A stretch of 64,000 bases of DNA, taken from Octopus vulgaris. Taxonomy: Eukaryota. Shown one piece after another: positions 54,161 through 64,000 of the stretch. How positions within the stretch are numbered: the first letter of the stretch is position 1; each line of letters begins with the position of its first letter. Below the pieces are notes generated by a model, which ran no database searches, was not told where the DNA came from, and saw only the letters and a list, made by a program, of their open reading frames with translations. Location: positions 88,226,001 through 88,290,000 of the forward strand of contig OX597818.1 in assembly GCA_951406725.2 (NCBI GenBank), read 5' to 3'. The position numbers were made by a program, and so were the translations under genes.

Positions 54161-54450
54161 CCACTTCAGAAATTATACTTAGGAATTAGTTGTCCCTCTT
54201 GCCACCTGTTGCCTCCTTAGTCCACTCTCTAGACTCTTTCTTATCTTTCAAGCATCCAAAATGGCGAGACCCATTTGTCACAAGAATTGATTACTTCACA
54301 ATGACCCTTGAATAGCTAATGTGGGGGTAGGGGTGGAGTATGTGGGAGTGGCATGTGTGGTGTGGGTTGGATGTAGGAGGGTATCAATGAAGGGAGAAGG
54401 CGGGTAGGAGTGAAGGGAGGAAGTAGGTGTCAAATGAAGAAAGGAGAGGA

Positions 54451-54537
54451 GGGGAGTCAGATGAAGGGGGGGGAGTCAGATGAAGGGGGGGGGAGTCAGA
54501 TGAAGGGGGGAGGGGAGTCAGATGAAGGGGAGGGGAG
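54451..54537 (+). repeat. G-rich minisatellite (ggggagtcagatgaagggg, about 4 copies)
   Basis: Direct reading. Confidence 0.85.
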
Positions 54538-54659
54538 TTGAGCGCATGTGACGCAAATGAACGAATATAGAAGATTAATTCCTGTTCACGGTGGAGTCAG
54601 GAGTCCGGATGGCCCCTGTGCAAAGACAATCCGAACAGAGACAGGTATTGTGTCTGGAA

Positions 54660-55038
54660 GCACTCCGTCGGTTACAACGACGAGGGTTCCGGTTGATCCG
54701 AATCAACGGAACAGCCTGCTCGTGAAATTAACGTGTAAGTGGCTGAGCACTCCACAGACACATGTACCCTTAACGTAGTTCTCGGGGAGATTCAGCGTGA
54801 CACAGAGAGTGACAAGGCCGGCCCTTTGAAATACAGGTACAACAGAAACAGGAAGTAAGAGTGAAAGAAAGTTGTGGTGAAAGAGTACAGCAGGGATCAC
54901 CACCATCCCCTGCCGGAGCCTCGTGGAGCTTTAGGTGTTTTCGCTCAATAAACACTCACAACGCCTGGTCTGGGAATCGAAACCGCGATCCTATGACCGC
55001 GAGTCCGCTGCCCTAACCACTGGGCCATTGCGCCTCCA
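54660..55038 (-). mobile_element. SINE family C (tail a), full length
   Basis: Reverse complement of the 43566-43944 type. Confidence 0.9.
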
Positions 55039-55271
55039 CACAGGTATTGTAATGACTTTTGTATAGGTGTTTCCTTCCTGAGCGGCCTATAATACTATAT
55101 TTGTTCCACGTCCTCGCGTTGTTGTGTTTTCTCTTTGTGTTTTCATGTGTGGATTAGCTTTATATATATATATATATAAATATATATATATATGATTTAA
55201 AACTTTTACAAACACAACATATATATTTATAGGTCTGTCTGTCTGTCTCTCTCTATATATATATGTGTGTG

Positions 55272-55348
<77 letters not shown>

Positions 55349-55972
55349 ATACATACATATATATATACGCACACACACACACACACACACGCACGCATAT
55401 GAAACGATTAACTCATACTCATTTTAGCCAGTGGACTGCTACCATGCTGGGCACTGTCTGAAAGAACTTACATATACGATTGTGTCTTTTGTCGAACTGC
55501 TAAGTTGTGGAGACACAAACTAACCGACATTGGATTTCCTGTCAGGCTGTGGTGCTGGAAGGCAAATATTAAACATACACACACACACACATACACATAC
55601 ATGTACATGCGTGAAAATATATGGCGGGCTTCCACACAGTTTCCATCCACTAAATTCAGTAATTCGGCATTGGTCCACCGGCGGCAATCGTACAAGACAC
55701 TTGACCACGAAACAGTACAGAGGGACTGAACCCCTGACTACGTGATTGCTAGGCAAAATTCTTAACCATAGGGTACACAAGAGAGCAGGGTCAAAATTGA
55801 GACAATAACCCACCTATGCACGCATGCAATCTTGTGCATACGCGTGGACGAACGCCACCATAAACGAAATTTTATAAAATATAATTCCACATACTGAGAA
55901 CCACACGCGACGTATTGCTGAGTGTTATCAATCAGGAATACAACAGCTACAAAACCACACACATGCACTCAA

Positions 55973-56037
<65 letters not shown>

Positions 56038-56058
56038 CACATATATATACATATATAT

Positions 56059-56111
<53 letters not shown>

Positions 56112-56168
56112 TACATATATACATATACATACGTATACATATATACATATATACATATATACATATAC

Positions 56169-56241
<73 letters not shown>

Positions 56242-56335
56242 GATATATATATACATTTATATATATATACATATATATAAATACATATATATAGATTTGT
56301 ATATATATATATACATATATACATATGTGTATACG

Positions 56336-56367
<32 letters not shown>
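55973..56367. repeat. Long compound (CA)n/(TA)n/(TACA)n microsatellite
   Basis: Direct reading. It is representative of dozens of such tracts in the window. Confidence 0.95.
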
Positions 56368-56602
56368 AGCTTATGTAGATATATAGAAATATCATAGAAT
56401 GAAAATTATAGAACAGGTCAACCTCATCTTGTGGAAGACATTGACAAATCAGCAATTACTTGATTAATTAATTATAATAATGGAAAGTGCATCTTAACTA
56501 ATATTTATCTATTTATTTATTTATTTATTCATTTACGTTTTTGCAAAATGACTGCCAGCATATGTGTGTATATAACATATATATATGTATATACATACAT
56601 AC

Positions 56603-56651
<49 letters not shown>

Positions 56652-56756
56652 AAGGGTGATGGGTACATAGACATGCATATAAACATGCATACACACAGAT
56701 ATATACCTATCTACATTCGTATACGTAACTGACATATGTATTTGTATGCATGTGTA

Positions 56757-56813
<57 letters not shown>

Positions 56814-56853
56814 TATATACAAAGATATATGTGCATATATATATATGTATATG

Positions 56854-56895
<42 letters not shown>

Positions 56896-57342
56896 GTAGG
56901 TTTACACATATAAAAACACATTTATATAGATATACATACATGTTGATATATATTCACTAACAATTATGTACATCTACACATGTATACATACATTCACACG
57001 CACACACCTATTTTTGCATACATGTATCTATATGTAGGGTTGTATGTGCATAAGTGTTACAATGTTTAATAAAATGAAGTAGCATGAAACAATTGTACCA
57101 TATTACCAAAGATATACTTGTTTTTTATTTTGATTATAATCACCCCATGGATGTATATGGATAATACCATACAAAATTCTGATGCCTCTGACTTAAGTAC
57201 CATATTCATCTGAATCTAAATTTTACTATATATATATGTATGTATATATATTTACATATAAATTTAAAATAATGGTGGAAAATTGAATATTAATTTGATT
57301 AATATCAATTTAGAACCAGTGGTCTCGCATATGAAAATCTTC

Positions 57343-57414
<72 letters not shown>

Positions 57415-57809
57415 CATATATATTACGGGTTTCTTTCAGTTTCCGTCTACCAAATACACTCACAAGGTTTTGGTCGGCTAGAGGCTATAGTGGAAGTCAC
57501 TTGCCCAAGGTACCATGCAGTGGGACGGTAGCGGGAACCATGTGGTTGGTAAGTAAGCTACATACCACACAGCCACTCCTACGCTTATAAGTAAGAGTTT
57601 TTAGCGTGAGAACGGATATAAATATTGGTCAAATCAGACCAATTCTTAATGAAAAGTTTGAACTTTTTCATCTGCAAACCCTTCCAGTATCGTTCTTCTG
57701 TTTAGCATGTTATATATAGATAATGGGAAAAGGAAAATGACACTTTCTATATATGGGTTTGTAACAAAAGATTTTCGAAAATGCATTCGTTTGACCAATT
57801 GGAACTGAT

Positions 57810-58135
57810 GTTACAACATTTTAGAATTAAATATTTCAAAATTAAAAAATGGTGATATATATTTTTATACAATTGTGCCAAATTTTGGACTGAGTATTTG
57901 GCGTCGTTGTGAAGGTGTAGGGAACTGTTGCGAAAAAAACATCAAATAAGAGAAAGCATAACTGTTACAACATTTAAGAATTAAATATTTCAAAATTAAA
58001 AAATGGTGATATATATTTTTATAAAATTTTGCTAAAATTCGGACTGAGCATTGCTGCGAGCCGTATGTTTGGCGTGGTTGTGAAGGTGTAGAGCACTCTT
58101 GAGGAATGAAACATCAAATAAGAGAAGGCATAACT
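57810..58135 (+). repeat. Imperfect tandem duplication with ~154-nt offset
   Basis: gttacaacattt.agaattaaatatttcaaaattaaaaaatggtgatatatatttttata occurs at 57810 and 57964. Confidence 0.8.
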
Positions 58136-59777
58136 GGAATCAATCTTTTTTGTACAGAGTGTGGCAATCATGTTGAAAAATATGAAATTGGTTAACTGTT
58201 GACATGAAAATGTTGAATTATAACAGAAAGGAATGAAAAAAGAACGTCTTCCAAAATACATATCTCGTTTCTGACGTATGTTTGCGCGCGCGTGTAGATG
58301 CAGCGCAAAAACAGTGAAAGAGGAATAACGACTTCAGTCTTTTGTACTACAAACATTAAGAGGCGATAACAAAAGACAATAAAATCTCTTAAAATACGAA
58401 GCATGTCTGTTGTATTTTAATCTGTTATAACGATTGTTTTAAAAAATAACATTGCGTAAAGGAATTTATCGATATCACTGGATATTAGAGCGCATTTTTC
58501 TTAGGATTTGTTTTACGGTGGCCACATTAGAACAATCATAAGAAAATCGGATGCTGAATAATTCAATATTTAAATGCTTGGAGAAAGAATCCTATGGTGT
58601 AAAAATAAATGGAGGAGCTCTTCTTATCTGTTTCTCCATACAATGTTATCTAACAAATGTTAAATCGACATCTTCTGTGCATGGAATTGCAAATCAATTC
58701 CAAGTGTTTATAAAGGGATTGAAATTCTTGTAATTGATATTTCATAAGATTCTGAAGTTCACTGCATTTCAAAGCTTGTTTCAATGTTTGCATTGTTTGG
58801 CTAATTAAATTAATTTCAATTTGCTTAAAATGTTTTTCTTCTTATTTTGAGATCATATACAAAATTTAACAAACTTGTGTTATTGGCTCTAAGTTGGTTT
58901 CGGAATGAATGCAGTTGCTGAGAGTAGTGTATTTTAAAGGGCTTTGAAGTTAATCCAGTATAATTTCGATACAGTATTTGCTTCCACTATACTTAGGTTC
59001 AATTATATATTGGTGAAAAGTTAGGCATTGAATGACGAGTAGCCGGAGTGAATAACACACATTAGATCGCTTCATATTTGACAAGGGCTTTCCAAAACCA
59101 GCTGTATTTGGATAACAAACTTTTATTTAGTACTTATTGAAATAAAATTCTTATAATACTTATGGCTAAAAGGGAAATGTTTTCGAAAGAATATGAAAAA
59201 ATAATATTTGTTAAGGAGTGTTGCGAATAGCGATATTATTTGAAAGAAGGGTTACAATAACTAAAGTTCCTATTTCTTTTACTGGTTGGTAGATGTTTCA
59301 TTTAATAATATTTGTGAAACCGCTACGTAGTAAAGCAGAAAAAACTTAGAAGCACCACCGACTACATATTCATGATAGATACGGCTGAAGAGTGGAAAAT
59401 ATAAGTTTTTAACAAGAGTGTTTAAATATTTTTGTGCATGGGACATAGTATGTTAGTGTAATGGAATGACTAATTAGGTTTCCTAGAAAATGAGAACTCC
59501 GCTGTACTTGGTTAAAAGTTCCAAGAAGATATTTGGCTACGTTAATGTTAAAATGGACAGTTATTTTCGAGTTAAATTTCTAGAAAATGGTATGGCATTT
59601 TCCTGATACTTTTAGTTGCCTCCTGCTATTTCCCAACCCATAAAAGTGCTATATATGAAATGGTTTACCATAATTGTTCGCTATTATTTCTGAACGTATG
59701 AAAGGAAAGAAGTAACTAGAAAATTTATCAATTTGGTCAGCTTTATTCTCATTTCTATCTCTTTTTCTCTGTGTATA

Positions 59778-59831
<54 letters not shown>

Positions 59832-59875
59832 CGCACGCACACACTAATATGTACATGCATAAATATATATATATG

Positions 59876-59906
<31 letters not shown>

Positions 59907-60058
59907 ATCTGTCTATGAATATGTATACATATATATGCATGTATGTATATATATATGCTTATATGTGTGTATATGTATATATATATATATATACCTATAA
60001 TTTATATGCTCATATATACAAGTATATATTTTATATGTACACATATATGTCTGTGAAG

Positions 60059-60098
<40 letters not shown>

Positions 60099-60829
60099 AT
60101 ACATGTGTGTGTTTCTAAGTGCGTGTATGTATGTGCGTGTATCTATCTATCTATCTATCTATCTATATATATATATATTTACATGCACATTTACATACAT
60201 ATATACATGCATACATACACACAAAGACACAAAAATACATACATGCATACATGCATACATACATACATACATACATATGTACATACATACATATGTACAT
60301 ACATACATACATACATACATATGTACATACATACATACATACATACATACATACATACATACATACATACATACATACATACATACATACATAGTAGGCA
60401 GTAGGCTAGTGCACACGCGAACTACAAACACTGACAATCAAAGCAGGTGAAGAATGTGTGGCGAAAACAAACGGCCGATTAAATAATAAAACATAAACTA
60501 ATTGTCGACCAGACGACATATTGTTCTATATCAACACTCAGAGCAGCAAGGAGGTCTCTTGTGAATAATTATTTCTGTTTATTTATTATATCGTTTATTT
60601 GTATGTTTGTTTTGTATGTTTGTACTCGCATTCGTCTGTCTCCTTGAAATTACTGTAATTATTGTTGTAGTTGTTGTTGTTGTTGTTGTTGTAGGCATTG
60701 CTATTGTTGTTCGTGTGTCTGTTTGTTCATTGCTCGACGTCCCAGTCAACTTCACTAACATAGTAACCTACAGACGGTGTACACATATTGAATGGGATAC
60801 GTATACACACACATACATGTATGTATGTA

Positions 60830-60888
<59 letters not shown>

Positions 60889-60919
60889 TCATGAACATAT
60901 ACATATGTATGCATACATA

Positions 60920-61090
60920 GGCGCAGGAGTGGCTGTGTGGTAAGTAGCTTGCTTACCAAACACATGGTTCCGAGTTCAGTCCCACTGCGTGGCACTTTGA
61001 GCAAGTGTCTTCTACTACAGCCTAAGGTCGACCAAAGCCTTGTGAGTGGATTTGGTAGACGGAAACTGAAAGAAACCCGTCGTATATATG

Positions 61091-61168
<78 letters not shown>

Positions 61169-61392
61169 CGTGTGTTGTGTTTGTCCCTCCACCACCACCA
61201 CCACCAACATCGCTTGACAACCGATGCTGGCGTGTTTACATCCCCGTAAATTAGCGATTCGGCAAAAGAGACCGATAGAATAAGTACTAGGCTTACAAAG
61301 AATAAGTCCTGGGGTTGATTTGCTCGACTAAAGGCGGTGCTCCAGCATGGCCGCAGACAAAATGACTAAAACAAGTACAAGAGTAAAAGAGT
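60920..61392 (+). mobile_element. SINE family A, full-length reference copy
   Basis: ggcgcaggagtggctgtgtggtaag (A box), agttcagtccc (B box), ttgagcaagtgtcttct core, (TA)n(TG)n, and a tail ending gactaaaacaagtacaagagtaaaagagta. Confidence 0.9.
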
Positions 61393-63777
61393 ATAAACGT
61401 ATATATATGTGTGTGTATACGCACACATACACACATACGCAAACACACACACATGCATACATATGCGTCGTTAAGGAGTTCAGCTTGCCACCACGTAGTT
61501 TCGGATTCACCTTTGGCCTGTGTCCTTTAATATATTCCTGGGTCGACCTATGTCACGTGAGTGAACATGGTGAATGGAAAATGTGAGGAAGCTCGTCGTA
61601 TACAAATGTATGTTTGTCTGTGTGTTTGTGTATGTGTGATTGTGCATACGTGTGTGCTGATGTCTGTGTTGCGTTTGTCTCCGTCCACGGCTTCACAACT
61701 AGTGTTGGCTTGTTTACGTCACCGTAACTGATACAGTACAAGTCTTTAAAGTAAATACTGGGATCGATTTGTTCGATTATGTTCTTCAATGCTCCAGCCT
61801 GGCCGTAGTCCACTAACTGAAACTAGTAAGACTGGAGTGGCTGTGGTTCCGGGTTCAGTCCCACTTCGTGGGATCTTGAGCAAGTGTTTTCTGCTATAGC
61901 CTCGGGCCGACCAATGCCTTGTGAGTGGATTTGGTAGACGGAAACTGAAAGAACCCTGTCGTATATATGTATGTATATATATATATATATATATGTATTT
62001 GTGTGTCTGTGTTTGTCCCTTTAACATTGCTTGACAACCGACGCTGATGTGTTTACGTCCCCGTCACTTAGCGGTTCGGCAAAAGAGACCGATAGAATAA
62101 GTACTGGGCTTACAAAGAATAAGTCCCGGGGTCGATTTGCTCGACTAAAGGCGCTGCTCCAGCATGGCCGCAGTCAAATGACTGAAACAAGTAAAAGAGA
62201 ATATATCCATGCATGCATACACACGTACACACACATACACGCGCACACACACACATATATTTTAAATTGAACATTAAGAATATTATGTTTCCAATAAAGT
62301 ACATGCACAGCCTGTGTCTCAATTCCGTTTTATTATCGGTTAATTATATAATTAATCAACAAATAGATTATTGGGTCAAAGTTCTCTTGACACAGCCTGT
62401 GATCTTGTCGATGACAATATGCCCTTTATAGAACACTTCTATGCAAGTACTCTCCTCTTACTATTTGTTCGTATCTCCAAGTCAAATACGGAGTGTTATA
62501 CAGTTTGCTTTATATATATATATACACATACACATACGTTGTGTGTGTATGTGTGGATGTTTGTATAATTTTTGATCGTTGTGGTAATAGTGCTGTGTCT
62601 ACTTTTGTACGCAATGGTATGGGTGTAAATGTGTATGTTTGCAAGTGGTACAAACGTTTTATTGAACTTTGGTCGGTGGATTTCATTAAGCCTACGCATA
62701 TATACGCATATGTATATAAACGTGAGAGACAAGAATGAGTATATGTGTGTGTGAGTGAGAGAGACAAAGCGGGAGAAGAAGGGAGAGAGAGAGAGAAGCA
62801 ACGAAACAATTGAATTATTAGTTTCTAGTATTTTTGAATTTGTGGCGTCCACTCAGGAGATCAAACAAACAAGAAAAGATAATTCACATAAAAATTAAAT
62901 AAAACTACATTTTAAAGTTTAAAATTTATCAGCAAATATAGAAAATAACAGTCTGCCTTGATTTATTAATCATATTTGTTTATAACAAAATTATGAATAA
63001 TGTGTTTGTGCAAGACACTATGCATTAATATGGATTATTTCTGTAGTCTTAAAGTACATATTATATTTCTGAAAATCGGCTGCTCATCTCCAGTGTATCA
63101 TGGAACACTTCGATGCTACAGAGTGAACCACAGAGCACTAAGGGGTCGCTTGGAACACGCCCAAACTGTCTTAGCAGCAGTATTAGCCACTGGGAAATTC
63201 AGTACACTGGACCCTATATTATTTATTAACAACAAGCCTTAGCATACATGGATCAGAATCGGGGACCTTAGACCTGTTGTGGAGGCGCGTGGCTTAGTAG
63301 TTAGGGTGTTGGACTCATGATCGTAAAATTGTGGTTTCGATTCCTGGACCAGCCGACGCGTTGTGTTTTTGAGCAAAACACTTCATTTCACGTTGCTCCG
63401 GTCCAGTCCTTTCAGCTGACAAGAATGAGTAATCCTGCGAGGATCGGCGTTCCATCCAGGTGGGGAATATATACGCAATGGAAGCCGGGAAACCGGCCCT
63501 TATGAGTCCGGAGACCTTGGACAACTGCCCAGTGTGCCCATGCTTTAAGACGACACTGGGATTCACCTGTGTGCGGTGGCACTCTTATGCACTACTTATC
63601 ACACATCAGCTTTATGCTGAACATCTGGATACTGCTGCAACGCACGATTGCAGTCTGAGGCACCTACATAATACTTGCGTTTACACCAGTGCGCAGAAAA
63701 GTACCCAGATACCACTTGCAGTACATTAGTTTCCTCTAGGTCCCCAAGATACCACTTGTCACCCACTAGTTTCCTCC

Positions 63778-63945
63778 TGTTGTGTGGACGCCCACAGATA
63801 ATGAAGTAGGCAAGCCCAATACGTAGATATAGAGGGAGAAGCCTAGACGTCAGGAGCACAGCTGTGTAGACTAGAACAGAGTAGTAGGAGAGTAGAGTTG
63901 AGTAGAAATCACCCGAACGTGCGGCATAACAGTGGCGACGAAGAT
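63778..63945 (+). mobile_element. Short LTR (63778-63931) followed by a tRNA-Ser-type primer-binding site
   Basis: The ends TGTTGTG..CATAACA are inverted termini. They are followed by g-TGGCGACGAAGAT, one mismatch from TGGCGACGAGGAT, the complement of the tRNA-Ser(GCT) 3' end used by many Gypsy elements. Confidence 0.6.
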
Positions 63946-64000
63946 TTCGTAGCTCACGCAGTCACTGTCTAGTATTGCGATATAACAGAGGCGACGAGGA

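Noticed and set aside
58550-59400. Possible ancient hAT-like transposase traces on the minus strand
   Set aside because: Only vague motif resemblance, too degraded to support.

Overview
AT-rich, repeat-saturated eukaryotic DNA that looks intronic or intergenic. The SINE repertoire and the extreme (TA)n/(CA)n/(CATA)n/(AAT)n/(GATA)n load suggest a cephalopod (Octopus-like) genome; this is inference. I found no complete protein-coding gene. Nearly all listed ORFs are translations of microsatellites or SINEs. Recognisable content: four tRNA-derived SINE families in many copies; decayed R4/Dong-type (RT plus restriction-like endonuclease) LINEs in microsatellites; relics of hAT, mariner and probably Chapaev3 transposases; a Penelope GIY-YIG endonuclease fragment; a short LTR with a tRNA-Ser primer-binding site; and two candidate minus-strand exons. 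The most interesting signal is a set of small non-coding retroelements from several unrelated families that carry type I hammerhead ribozyme (HHR) motifs. These include a 360-nt terminally redundant, retrozyme-like unit with a U3:A8 covariant core, a tRNA-headed SINE ending in an HHR, and HHRs at the tips of long rod-like hairpins. Several long fold-back insertions also sit next to (TA)n tracts. All folds were made by eye and none was computed.
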